Translations under genes and position numbers: made by a program
Shown: piece after piece, positions 36,351 through 45,812 of the stretch
How the letters are laid out: every line of letters starts with the position of its first letter
Position numbering within the stretch: position 1 is the first letter of the stretch
The notes under the pieces: model-generated
What the model was told of the DNA's origin: nothing
What the model saw: only the letters and a program-made list of their open reading frames with translations
Databases searched by the model: none
DNA from: an uncultured Candidatus Saccharibacteria bacterium
Lineage (GTDB): Bacteria; Patescibacteriota; Minisyncoccia; Phycocordibacterales; Phycocordibacteraceae
Assembly (NCBI GenBank): GCA_964652615.1
Contig: CAZZAT010000001.1
Coordinates: forward strand, 217,886-281,885
DNA length: 64,000 nt
Direction of reading: 5' to 3'

Positions 36351-38093
36351 TTACGCAACCGCAACAAGCCGCAGCCGCACCGGCCTCCCCTTCGTAAACT
36401 GGTCGCGCTCAAGAGACGCTAGGACGCTCACGCGCTTCCCTTCAGCTAAAAGCTTCGTGCGTGCCCCAAGCTCGCGCTTCGCAAAGAAAGAAACGCCTTC
36501 GATAGAATCAAAGCCATCCATGGTGAGCACCAGTTTCAAGTGTTCTTCGCTTTTCCCAAACCACGACACTCGGGTAAGGGCGACGTCTCGAAGTGCAAAG
36601 ACCGGCTTCTCATTGCCCATGCCAAAGGGAGCAAGTCGTGAAAGACGGTTCAAAAGTTCTTGCGTGGTATCAGTCGTCGTAAGTTCTGCGTCTGCACGAA
36701 GAGAAAACGTATCTCCCTCTACTTCCGGCAGTGTTCCAAATGCTTCAACAAGCGCTTCTTCAAGGGTAAACACTTTATCGTCTTTCACGGTAAACCCGCC
36801 GGAAGCCTTGTGGCCTCCAAATCCTGAAAATACGTCTGAAGATGCTTCCATAAGCTCGACGACAGAATGGCTCCCCCCTGCCCTGCAAGAACCTTTGAGT
36901 GCGTGTCCGCCTTCCCTCCCCCACAAAAAGACAGGCCGCTCGTATTCTTCTGCAAGCGTGTTTGCGACAAGCCCTAAAAGTCCTGGACGCCAGTCAGGGT
37001 CCCCAAGCGCAATGACCGAAGGAAGCGGACCTTGGAGCTTCCGCTCTTCAAGCCGCTCATGCGCTGCGCGCGTAATAGCAGCCGCCTGCGCTTTTCTTGA
37101 ACGATTCGCCCTCTCAAGTTCAGCAGCAAGCCTGTTCGCCTCTATTTCACTCTCGGTCGTAAACAGAAGAAACGCATCACGCGGGTCTCCCATTCTTGAC
37201 GCAGCGTTTATGCGCGGCGCAAGCATAAAGCCAATATCCTCTTCCGTGATAAAGCGCTGATTCACGCGTGCAGTCCTGCAGAGAGCCTGCAAACCAAGGC
37301 GTGGCGATTTGCGCATGACGATAAGACCGTATTTGGCGATAACCCTGTTCTCGCCAACAAGCGGCACCATGTCCGCAATGGTTGCAAGTCCTGCCATATC
37401 AAGAAGCCATTTCTCCCAGCCTTCTGGAATATCTTTGACCCATGAAGCATCTTCTCTTCGTGCATGCTGCAAGGTTGCGCATGCAAGCTTCCACGCAAGC
37501 GCTGCGCCGCAAAACTCACGAAATGCATTCGTCTCTCCTTCCTGTTTTGGATCAATAACGGCAAACGCTTCTGGAAGCCCTCCTTCTGCTTCGTTTTGCG
37601 GAAGATGATGATCGGTAATGATGACATCCATGCCAAGCTCGTTTGCGCGCGCGACTGCCTCTACATCGGTAATACCGCAATCGATGGTAATAAGCAGTGT
37701 GGTGCCAGATGCCGCAAGCTTCTCAACACCAAACACGCTCACACCGTATCCTTCTTCATGGCGATGCGGGATATAGTTGTCGAAATTCGCTCCTGCTTTT
37801 TTTAGAAAGTCATGAAACAGCGTTCCTCCTGGGATGCCATCGCAGTCATAATCGCTCCATACTGTAATACGCTCTCCTTCTGCTATCGCCTCTGACACAC
37901 GCTTCGCAGCTTTTGGCATATTCAGAATATGAAACGGATCACCTATATGCTCTTCATAGGAAGGCGAGAAGAACGCCTCCGCTTCCTTGCGGGTCGTGAT
38001 ACCGCGACGTGATAAGAGTGCAGCAGTGAGATCATCGTACGCTGACAGTTCCTCGCGCACGTCTTTTGGAATGGGCTCGTGGAGGGCGACCAT
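36351..38093 (-). CDS. recJ: single-stranded-DNA-specific exonuclease RecJ
   Basis: Start at internal ATG (MVALHEPIPKD...). DHH motifs: VWSDYDCDGIPGG, ITIDCGITD, IITDHHLP; C-terminal OB region. Confidence 0.85.
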   Translation of the reverse strand: MVALHEPIPKDVREELSAYDDLTAALLSRRGITTRKEAEAFFSPSYEEHIGDPFHILNMPKAAKRVSEAIAEGERITVWSDYDCDGIPGGTLFHDFLKKAGANFDNYIPHRHEEGYGVSVFGVEKLAASGTTLLITIDCGITDVEAVARANELGMDVIITDHHLPQNEAEGGLPEAFAVIDPKQEGETNAFREFCGAALAWKLACATLQHARREDASWVKDIPEGWEKWLLDMAGLATIADMVPLVGENRVIAKYGLIVMRKSPRLGLQALCRTARVNQRFITEEDIGFMLAPRINAASRMGDPRDAFLLFTTESEIEANRLAAELERANRSRKAQAAAITRAAHERLEERKLQGPLPSVIALGDPDWRPGLLGLVANTLAEEYERPVFLWGREGGHALKGSCRAGGSHSVVELMEASSDVFSGFGGHKASGGFTVKDDKVFTLEEALVEAFGTLPEVEGDTFSLRADAELTTTDTTQELLNRLSRLAPFGMGNEKPVFALRDVALTRVSWFGKSEEHLKLVLTMDGFDSIEGVSFFAKRELGARTKLLAEGKRVSVLASLERDQFTKGRPVRLRLVAVA

Positions 38094-38141
38094 TGTAGAA
38101 AGGATTGTAGCAAAACGAAAAGATGCGCTATCCTCTAGGAC

Positions 38142-38564
38142 ATGGAAGACAGTATTTTCACCAAAATCATCAAGCGGGAAATCCCCGCTGATATCGTCTA
38201 TGAAGACGACGTCACTATCGCTTTTCTTGATATATTCCCGAATAACGAAGGCCACACGCTGGTTGTCCCTAAAAAGCCGGTACGAAACATCTTCGATATT
38301 GACGATGAAACCCTGGCTGCAGTGATGCGAACCGTGCGGAAAATAGCTCCTGCGGTTCGAGATGCGGTTGGCGCCAAGGGCGTTAATATCAATTCAAACC
38401 ATGAACCGGAAGCGGGACAGGTAGTATTTCACCTTCACATCCATATTATCCCGCGTTTTGAGAAAAAGGAGTTCGCATTCTTTCCCATCAAGGAACTTCC
38501 GAAAGAATCATTCGCAGAGGTTGCAGAAAAGATTCGTACAAAACTCGCAGAGCAATCTATCTAA
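38142..38564 (+). CDS. HIT-family (histidine triad) nucleotide hydrolase
   Basis: 140 aa; ...NEGHTLVVPK...VVFHLHIHIIPRF (HxHxHxx). Confidence 0.8.
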   Translation: MEDSIFTKIIKREIPADIVYEDDVTIAFLDIFPNNEGHTLVVPKKPVRNIFDIDDETLAAVMRTVRKIAPAVRDAVGAKGVNINSNHEPEAGQVVFHLHIHIIPRFEKKEFAFFPIKELPKESFAEVAEKIRTKLAEQSI

Positions 38565-39690
38565 GCGCCGCAAGCCCTGGAAGCGTTCCGTAGGCGAGGT
38601 AGTCGAGCATAGCTCCGCCACCAGTCGATACAAATGAAATATGGTCTGAAAGCCCAAGCTCATCTATGGCTGCAACCGTATCACCTCCTCCCACAACCGA
38701 ATGAGCGGACGAGCCGGCAATCGCACGAGCAAGTCCATGCGTGCCGTCAGTGAATCCATGCTCATAGAGTCCAAGTGGCCCATTCCAAAGCACGGTCTTT
38801 GCTTTGTTGACGAGATCGGTAAGCGCGGCAGAGGTGTGTGGCCCTACATCAAGAATCATCTCATCGCTTTTCACTCCCTGAAGGGACGAGGCATGCCCGT
38901 CTTTGCGAAGCGCACCATTTCTCGCAACTATTGCATCAACTGGAACGACCAGTCGTTTGTTTTATAGAAGCGTGCGTATTCCCTCCTGCCCTGCATCCGA
39001 CACCAATGATACCCCTACCGGATACCCTTTTTCTTTAAGAAAATCATTTGCAAGAGCACCTCCTACAAACACATGATCGTACGCTTTCAAAAGCGTCTTT
39101 AGTACTGGTTCTTTGGTAGCAAACTTCGCGCCAGCAATCACTGCAAGCGACGGCTTCTTGGGAGTGAGCGCGCCGCTAAGCGCTTTCACTTCCGCTTCAA
39201 CCGTAAGTCCCGCATACGAAGGGAGGAGTGATGGCACCCCGACTACAGACGCATGCTCTCGATGGCACACATCAAAAGAATCTTGAACGAACACATCTCC
39301 TAGCGCCGCAAGTTCTTTCGCAAATTCCGCATCGTTCTTCTCCTCTCCCGTATGTCGGCGCAAGTTCTCAAGCATGACAATGCCGCCAGGGGAAAGGGAG
39401 CGTACGGCTTCACGCGCTTCTTTACCTATCGATACCGGACACCAGCGCATGTCTGGTATCCATTTCTTCATGGCCTCATACATAGGACGCAGCGACTCCG
39501 TCCCCTTTCCCGATATATGGCTTATGAGCACTACTTTCGCGTGACGCTCGCGCAGATACTTGATGGTAGGAAGTGCTGATTCAAGACGAAACGTATTCTC
39601 TATTGTTCCGTTTTCAATAGGCGCATTCAACGAAGTGCGCAAAAGCACAGGAATACCCTCAAGTGCTGGAATGTCGCGGACACTATGCAT
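38557..39690 (-). pseudogene. pgk: phosphoglycerate kinase interrupted by one in-frame TAA (38962-38964)
   Basis: N-terminal 242 codons (MHSVRDIP...GQEGIRTLL*) and C-terminal part (NKRLVVPVDAIV...MKSDEMILDVGPHT...GGGDTVAAI...VSTGGGAMLDYL) are in the same frame. They are separated only by a single TAA codon. Confidence 0.7.
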
Positions 39691-39745
39691 ATGTATCGAT
39701 GATACCGCACAGTGCTAGCTGTCTGGAGCGAGGGTAGGAATTCTT

Positions 39746-40573
39746 CTATAGCAACCCTAGAGCCATGAGTTGAATCTGGATTTGAGGGTTCCTTGAGTGA
39801 ATGCCTCGCTTTTTTATGTATTCAATAAAACCAGTCTTAAAATCACCTCCGTGATACCCAATAGCAAACCCTCCTGCACGGACGAGCCCTGAAGCATGGC
39901 CTCCGTCTGTGCGTTTAGAGGTCAACGGCCCATCGCTCGTTACTTCTGGATAGCGGAACGTCAGTCCCCTACGAACGAGCTCATCGTTTGCGAGTCGAAT
40001 AAGAGAATCGGAACCTATGCGTTCAAGCCAGTTGTAAATTGCATCGTTGTCATGATCGTTAAGCTCCGCATCTCTATGCATGTCTTGAACATATTTGAAC
40101 AATATGCCGGTGAAATAATCTGCTTGATCTTCAAGCGGCGGGAGATCGTGTTCCCGAGTGAGCGTATGACCATACCCAAGTTCAAGCATGTTCTGTATGT
40201 AGTGGGTGTATTCATGAAATACCGTTCCTGCCGTAATTGCTTGAATCGTTTCTTCCGCTGGCAATTCTCCTCCGCCTACAAATTTGAAAAGTTCAAGACG
40301 AGCATCTAGATTGAAGTAGATGTGCTTATCTTTCGGGTTGAACCATGCTCCCTCGTTCTCAAGCTTGCCGTCTTTTGCTGTTGAAGAATCATCTAGAAAG
40401 ATAATTGTTGCTGGTTTAAAAGGGAAACCGAGCTTTATAAACCAATCGCTCCAGTAGTCCTCGCACCATGCAGCTGCAACTTTAATAGTTTCCTTCTGAA
40501 GAGTAATTAAAGCTTCCTTTTTTCGAAGAATCTCTTTATTTTGCCCAGGTTCCTCATGGCGTTCGATTGGCAT
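39746..40573 (-). CDS. hypothetical protein with HExxH zinc-peptidase-like motif (VFHEYTHYIQ; DUF4157-like?)
   Basis: 275 aa, AT-richer, inserted between pgk and tpiA. Motif assignment is from memory. Confidence 0.5.
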   Translation of the reverse strand: MPIERHEEPGQNKEILRKKEALITLQKETIKVAAAWCEDYWSDWFIKLGFPFKPATIIFLDDSSTAKDGKLENEGAWFNPKDKHIYFNLDARLELFKFVGGGELPAEETIQAITAGTVFHEYTHYIQNMLELGYGHTLTREHDLPPLEDQADYFTGILFKYVQDMHRDAELNDHDNDAIYNWLERIGSDSLIRLANDELVRRGLTFRYPEVTSDGPLTSKRTDGGHASGLVRAGGFAIGYHGGDFKTGFIEYIKKRGIHSRNPQIQIQLMALGLL

Positions 40574-40615
40574 AAAGTAATACTAGCAAATTAGCCAGCG
40601 CTCTAAGATTCGAAC

Positions 40616-41362
40616 CTACGCCAACGCCTTCACAATTCCTGCAAACAATCCTGGATCAACTGACGCGTGTCCAACCAAAAACCCATCGACTCCTGAACCG
40701 CCTGCAAGCCCCCGCACATTTGCAGGCTCTACGGAACCGCCATAGATAACCGGGGCAACCTTTGCGCTTTTTCCTGGAAGATACTCGGAAAGAATCTTTC
40801 GTATATAGAGCACCATCTCGCGAAGGTCTGATGAAGCAAGCGCATCCCCTGCATGCTTCCCTATCGCCCACACCGGCTCATACGCCACAATAATGCGAAG
40901 CCTATCGCGCGAAGAAAGCGGCTCATATACCGCATGAAGCTGTTTTTTAAGTTCAAGGAGATAGCGAGCATCTGCATCACGTTCCTTTTCTCCGATACAA
41001 AGAATAGGGATGAGACCGTTTGCAAGAGCGCGCTTCGCCTTTTCTGCGATAAGGGCGTCCGTCTCGCCCATGGCACGCCGTTCAGAGTGTCCAAGAATGA
41101 CATATTCAGCGCCAATACTACGAAGCGTTGCTCCGGACACTTCACCGGTTGCAGGACCCACGGTAGTAGAAGACACATCTTGCGCCGCAAACTTCACTTT
41201 CGAGCGGTTCCCTGGCGCGAGAAGGCCAAGGTGTGCAAATGAGGGCGCGAGTACAAGCTTTGCGCGGCGTGTCTTTGACGCAAGACGCTTTGAGAGCGTG
41301 AGCAGTTTTTTCGCCTCTTCCCTGTTCTCCACATACGACTTCCAGTTCGAGACGATAAGCAT
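40616..41362 (-). CDS. tpiA: triosephosphate isomerase
   Basis: Start MLIVSNWKSY; ILGHSERR, AYEPVWAIG, IYGGSV motifs. Confidence 0.9.
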   Translation of the reverse strand: MLIVSNWKSYVENREEAKKLLTLSKRLASKTRRAKLVLAPSFAHLGLLAPGNRSKVKFAAQDVSSTTVGPATGEVSGATLRSIGAEYVILGHSERRAMGETDALIAEKAKRALANGLIPILCIGEKERDADARYLLELKKQLHAVYEPLSSRDRLRIIVAYEPVWAIGKHAGDALASSDLREMVLYIRKILSEYLPGKSAKVAPVIYGGSVEPANVRGLAGGSGVDGFLVGHASVDPGLFAGIVKALA

Positions 41363-41425
41363 GATGCCCGTAGTGTACCACCCAAAAGAGTAGCGGCGCG
41401 ATCTCCTAAGATCGCGCCGCACCTA

Positions 41426-41617
41426 TTACTTGATCTCGTAGTAATACGGATCGTCGAGCCACGGCTCGGGCCGGTACTCGATCTCGAGCAGGAGTTCTTC
41501 GGGTGTTGCGAGCACTTCGGAAAGTGAAACGTACACCGTCGCTTCTTTTGGCACCGCTTGCGCGGCACCAAACGAAGAGAACGTCGCAAGAGCAATCACG
41601 AACAAGATCTGTTTCAT
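41426..41617 (-). CDS. small secreted protein (signal peptide)
   Basis: 63 aa; MKQILFVIALATFSSFGAAQA. Confidence 0.4.
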   Translation of the reverse strand: MKQILFVIALATFSSFGAAQAVPKEATVYVSLSEVLATPEELLLEIEYRPEPWLDDPYYYEIK

Positions 41618-41681
41618 CGCATCTCCTTGTGGGTTATTGCGAGAACTTTAACTTAACACGCAAATATACCCTGTCAATAAC

Positions 41682-43106
41682 CTACTCCTCCCGCCAGTCA
41701 ACGAACTGATAGTCTTGGGAAACAACCGGCGTAAAGGGAGGCGGGTCAGTTGCGACATAGCGGTCATAGGAGTCGATGCGGTTTTGAAAACCCTTATGAT
41801 ATCCGCCGCAGTACGACGTCCACTGCGTACCCGTGCGCTTATTCGATACCGTTGTTCCAAGCATCGTAAGCGTCCCTGTCTTATCCGCATACGTGCAGGA
41901 ATCATACGCGTTCATGCCAAAGGCTCCTCCTTGGGCGATATAGATACCATGGAGTGTCATTGAGTTTGGCGCAGAAGGAGAAATAAGAACGTTATGCTCT
42001 GCAATGAGTGTAAACCCGTCCGTGCCATCAGTTGTCTGATACTGCACGTTGTTTAGCAAATACGCATTTGGTGCAACTCCTGCGTTTGCAACGTTTGCAG
42101 CAACGAGCGTTATCTTCGAAGGAATCGTACCTTCAACCCACACATGATCTTCCACAAAGATAAGACCGCAGTCTGCAGGTATGGTGCGCACCTCATACGG
42201 GTCATCATCTGCGATAAGGGCCCAGTCATCACTATCATCTGAAGAATTCACGGGCGTTACGCCAAGATTCGTTAAGTCATCAACGCGACGCACGGTAACC
42301 GTGTTGTTTGCATTAAATGTAAGTCGATACCCGCGCCAATAATTTTCATTGTTCTGATTTGTTCCAGAAGAAAAGCGCGGATAGTACACGCCCTCTGCTT
42401 GCGCAAGCGTCTTCAAGTTTCCAAAGTCGGCAGAAATAGCGCCAAAGTCTACTTGCGGTACCGGATACTCCCAGAGCGCTTGATTTGGTCCGCTTCCCAC
42501 AACGCCTGGCGCGTTATTTTGCGTTGGAGAACAACCATAAGAGGAAGTGCACGACCATGTCGAGAGTGAGCTTGAGACTCCAGAATTTGCCGTGCCGTCC
42601 ATGCGAATGCCGCCATTTGAATGATACGGGCCAAGAATGGTGCGGTCAGCACCTGCCCACACCGAGTCGTTAAGAACATACGAATAAGTGCCAACTGAAG
42701 GGCGTGCATAGCGTGCGCGAAGCGTACGTGTCACCCCTGGTGCATCCGCACTCTCCCCCACCGACTCAATATCAACTGACGTGAGCTGCCCGCACGCTTG
42801 GTTTCCATTTATAGAGAGCGTATAGGTTCCAGAAACGCCCGCTTCAGGATCAGCATAGTCAATTTCATAGGGACCTGCAGATCCTGTTCCGTTTTGCATA
42901 TCGTTTGGATAGTGCGCGAGATGCCATTTGTAGTACTCAAGTCCTGCTTCTGCTACCGAAAACGCTTTCATGCTTGAAGCGTTTTGCGACTGCAGCTTGT
43001 TTCCAGAAAGCACATAGAACGAGAGGCCGCCAAATACCGTCAAAAACACTGCTCCGAAGATGAGCGCAAGCAACATGAGATAGCCGCGGTGCGTAGAGCG
43101 TGTCAT
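41682..43106 (-). CDS. PilX-N-domain-like minor pilin / pilus-associated large protein
   Basis: 474 aa; N-terminal TM, then ...MKAFSVAEAGLEYYKWHL resembling PilX_N. Start overlaps the stop of the upstream pilin gene (ATGA). Confidence 0.5.
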   Translation of the reverse strand: MTRSTHRGYLMLLALIFGAVFLTVFGGLSFYVLSGNKLQSQNASSMKAFSVAEAGLEYYKWHLAHYPNDMQNGTGSAGPYEIDYADPEAGVSGTYTLSINGNQACGQLTSVDIESVGESADAPGVTRTLRARYARPSVGTYSYVLNDSVWAGADRTILGPYHSNGGIRMDGTANSGVSSSLSTWSCTSSYGCSPTQNNAPGVVGSGPNQALWEYPVPQVDFGAISADFGNLKTLAQAEGVYYPRFSSGTNQNNENYWRGYRLTFNANNTVTVRRVDDLTNLGVTPVNSSDDSDDWALIADDDPYEVRTIPADCGLIFVEDHVWVEGTIPSKITLVAANVANAGVAPNAYLLNNVQYQTTDGTDGFTLIAEHNVLISPSAPNSMTLHGIYIAQGGAFGMNAYDSCTYADKTGTLTMLGTTVSNKRTGTQWTSYCGGYHKGFQNRIDSYDRYVATDPPPFTPVVSQDYQFVDWREE

Positions 43107-43696
43107 TGGTCGCGAAGATTACGAAGCGTCGCCGTACCGGTAAGGTTCAAGATATTTGGCGCGCGATTGGGGTTAATGTCGACCATAAGCGTGACTGCAA
43201 CAGAAGAAATCTCTGAAATATCCGGCGTTGTAGTTGAAAGCTGCATACCGCTTGAATCATAGTACGTGAAAATAGGCGTTGCATTTGTGTTTCGCACATA
43301 GGTAGCAAGTGTTGACGTGGCAGGCTGCTGGCCCGTATAGGAAGGCGGACTCCCTGCGGCGTTGGTAACGACACGATAGAGCGTTGTCCCTACCGTATAC
43401 ACGCGCACGCGCTCAATGCCGCCATCAGAATCGATATCTGAATAAAAAAGTATGCTCGAAGTCGCAGCAGAAGCGATGGGATAGTTGCCATCATCTGCGT
43501 AGGAAGCCTCGCGCACCGCTGAAAGCGTTGTGGAAAGGCCGCGGCGCGCAGAGTCCACTGACGCCGCTGCCTCGAACACATACGCATTTGAACGGTAGAA
43601 CATGCGTATGACGGAAAGAAGCGAAGCGCCTACCGCAACCGTAATAGCGACAACAACCACTGCTTCGACTAGGGTCATGCCTCGTGCGTGTTTCAT
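43103..43696 (-). CDS. type IV pilin-like protein (prepilin-type N-terminus)
   Basis: MKHARG|MTLVEAVVVVAITVAVGA gives G(-1), a hydrophobic helix and E(+5) of the class III signal peptide. Confidence 0.7.
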   Translation of the reverse strand: MKHARGMTLVEAVVVVAITVAVGASLLSVIRMFYRSNAYVFEAAASVDSARRGLSTTLSAVREASYADDGNYPIASAATSSILFYSDIDSDGGIERVRVYTVGTTLYRVVTNAAGSPPSYTGQQPATSTLATYVRNTNATPIFTYYDSSGMQLSTTTPDISEISSVAVTLMVDINPNRAPNILNLTGTATLRNLRDQ

Positions 43697-43698
43697 AG

Positions 43699-45162
43699 CT
43701 ACTGGGGCGTAATGACGAGCGAGACGTCTACACTTGCGGACGGTAGAAGCTCGTACGGAGACTCAAGGCTCTCCGAAACGATATCGAACCCGGGAATGGC
43801 GAGCGTGTACAAATCCCACTCAAGCATATCTTGATAGAGGGCCGAGGCTCCCGTTGTCGACGCAATCTCCGTCTTATACAAAGACGCTCCTCCTGCAGTT
43901 GACCCTATAGTCTTTGCGCCCGTGAGTTCCACATCGATATCAGGAAGCGGAATAGGACCAGCATCATAGCCAAATTCCCATGAGAGCACCTGCGGCGTCA
44001 TGTTTGGATCTGAAGAAGAAAGTGAAGCAACCAAAGAAAGCGCTGGATAGGTTGTGGTTGCAATGCCGGTTAAATCAATAGTGCCAGTAAACCCGAGCGC
44101 ATTTCCAGGAAGCACTCCTTCGGAAAGAAGTACTCCTGCCCCATCGGCTATTGAAAACCGAGCTTCAGTCCCGAGAGGAGCTACAAGAGAAGCAGAAGCA
44201 TTTGTCCACTGCGCAAGATACTCTGGAGCAAATGCATCTTGTGTTGCGCTCCCTGCAGCTGCGTAGCTTCCTGGACTTCCCGAGAGCAAAAGCGCCCCTC
44301 CTGAAACTGCCGCATTACTTAGTAGAGAAAAGCCGTCAGCACTATCCATAGGGTTTGTCTCTATAAACGGCGCAATCGGAGAGAAGGTGCGAAGAATAAG
44401 CGAAGCAAGCGCGTCTATTGCAAAGGTGCCAGAGGTTGTTGAGCCGCCAACGACCGTAAGGTAGCCGGGGGTTGGATTGGCGTTTGTTGCGTCACGCGCA
44501 TAGGTCTCGGCACTTGAGTATCCTGTCTTTGATACGTGTATGCGGTAGTCGGTCGAGGTAGGAGCTCCTGGCAGAAAGACTGTTCCGGTAACATCTGAAA
44601 AGGTGGAGAAGTTAATGCTTGGCGCTGTTGAGGGATTTTGTATCTCTACGGTTGCGCCAGACACGGGAGTGCCAAGCGCATCAACCACTGAAATGCGTAA
44701 CGTACCCCCTCCCGTTGTCGTCTCTATCCCCTTTGGCGCAATGTTTGAAAGCACAACAATCTCTCGTTCTTGCTCTCCTGCCTCATACGTCACTACTACC
44801 TTCGCAAGCTTATAGTCAGTCGTGATGCCGGTCGTGTCAGCGCCCCCCACCCCATCTGCAGGATCATCGACGTAGACAATATAGGTGCGCACCTCGTACT
44901 CGATACCCGCATTTGTTGTTGTAGCGTTTTGCGGTATAAGGCCTGCCGGAATGCCGCCTACCGTTCCCACCTCCTCATAGGCAAGCGAACGAATGTATTC
45001 CATCTGGCTTCCTGCAATCGCGGTTGCTGCAGCCTTCAGTTTCGCAAGACCTGACACTTCAAGAGAAGCTTTCAAAAGACCAAAGATGCCGCTAAAGACA
45101 ATGAGCACAAGCGCTGTACCGACAACGACATCAATGAGAGACATTCCTTTAAAAGAGCGCAT
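43699..45162 (-). CDS. large type IV pilin-like / pseudopilin protein
   Basis: MRSFKG|MSLIDVVVGTALVLIV prepilin-like N-terminus (Asp at +5); 487 aa, Thr/Ser/Gly-rich. Confidence 0.6.
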   Translation of the reverse strand: MRSFKGMSLIDVVVGTALVLIVFSGIFGLLKASLEVSGLAKLKAAATAIAGSQMEYIRSLAYEEVGTVGGIPAGLIPQNATTTNAGIEYEVRTYIVYVDDPADGVGGADTTGITTDYKLAKVVVTYEAGEQEREIVVLSNIAPKGIETTTGGGTLRISVVDALGTPVSGATVEIQNPSTAPSINFSTFSDVTGTVFLPGAPTSTDYRIHVSKTGYSSAETYARDATNANPTPGYLTVVGGSTTSGTFAIDALASLILRTFSPIAPFIETNPMDSADGFSLLSNAAVSGGALLLSGSPGSYAAAGSATQDAFAPEYLAQWTNASASLVAPLGTEARFSIADGAGVLLSEGVLPGNALGFTGTIDLTGIATTTYPALSLVASLSSSDPNMTPQVLSWEFGYDAGPIPLPDIDVELTGAKTIGSTAGGASLYKTEIASTTGASALYQDMLEWDLYTLAIPGFDIVSESLESPYELLPSASVDVSLVITPQ

Positions 45163-45215
45163 ATATGCATGATAGCGTACGGGCGCGACATACTAATGTC
45201 GCGCCCGTTGACTGC

Positions 45216-45533
45216 TTATGCGCCCACTTCTTCGCGCCATACTTGTGGCATGTGGCACACAGTGGCAATCGCAAGACCCACGAACAGTACCGGAATACCG
45301 AACGAGAAAAAGAAGAACGCTGCGACAGCGAACGCGTGCCAGATTGCGTTCGCTGCTTCCGGTCGAACGAAGCCACCGCTTTCGAGTATGCCGAGCACTT
45401 GCGCCGGAGACATCTGCATGGGGTTTTGTGCCGGATCGACCCATACCCACGCCATCCACCCTAAAACGGCAGCGACGAACATCAACGCCAAGAGCAAGAG
45501 ACACGCTGAAAACAATCTAAACATGATTGTCAC
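45216..45533 (-). CDS. small two-TM membrane protein
   Basis: 105-aa ORF, hydrophobic helices; start uncertain. Confidence 0.4.
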   Translation of the reverse strand: MTIMFRLFSACLLLLALMFVAAVLGWMAWVWVDPAQNPMQMSPAQVLGILESGGFVRPEAANAIWHAFAVAAFFFFSFGIPVLFVGLAIATVCHMPQVWREEVGA

Positions 45534-45587
45534 CTCCTGAATTATTATACATAAATATACTATTTTGTCAAAAGTTCCTTAAAAATA

Positions 45588-45626
45588 CCGTACATAAAAG
45601 GGACCTCACTTGCGCAAGGTCCCTTT
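45588..45626 (-). terminator. rho-independent terminator of the 30-aa peptide gene
   Basis: Minus reading gggacc-ttgcgcaagtga-ggtccc followed by TTTTATG. Confidence 0.55.
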
Positions 45627-45638
45627 CTCGCCACGGAG

Positions 45639-45731
45639 CTACTTAAAGCCCTTCGTGGCGTTTTTCCAAACCGCCAGCCCGATGAGAAACACAATCGTGC
45701 CGCCGATTAGGACCCCAATAACAATTTCCAT
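45639..45731 (-). CDS. 30-aa hydrophobic peptide MEIVIGVLIGGTIVFLIGLAVWKNATKGFK (type-I-toxin-like or small membrane protein)
   Basis: GGAGGA RBS 5 nt upstream of the ATG. Single TM helix plus basic tail. Own promoter and terminator. Confidence 0.4.
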   Translation of the reverse strand: MEIVIGVLIGGTIVFLIGLAVWKNATKGFK

Positions 45732-45778
45732 GGATTCCTCCACAAACCGTTAGCGAGGAGTGCGCTAACCTGACAACC

Positions 45779-45808
45779 ATTATATACCTATAATATATAC
45801 TTTGTCAA
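45779..45808 (-). promoter_or_regulatory. sigma70-like promoter TTGACA-18 nt-TATAAT
   Basis: Minus-strand TTGACAaagtatatattataggtaTATAAT, 5 nt after the pilC stop. Confidence 0.45.
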
Positions 45809-45812
45809 GTCT

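Noticed and set aside
38962-38964. In-frame TAA in pgk as evidence of genome-wide stop-codon reassignment
   Set aside because: TAA is used as the terminator of many intact genes in this window (rplO, rpsJ, rplB and others). A local nonsense mutation or a sequencing error is more likely.
45177-45206. Strong 10-bp GC hairpin (gggcgcgaca-tactaat-gtcgcgccc) between the 2-TM gene and the large pilin gene
   Set aside because: No U-run on either strand, so it is not scored as a terminator. It may be an RNA stability or processing element.
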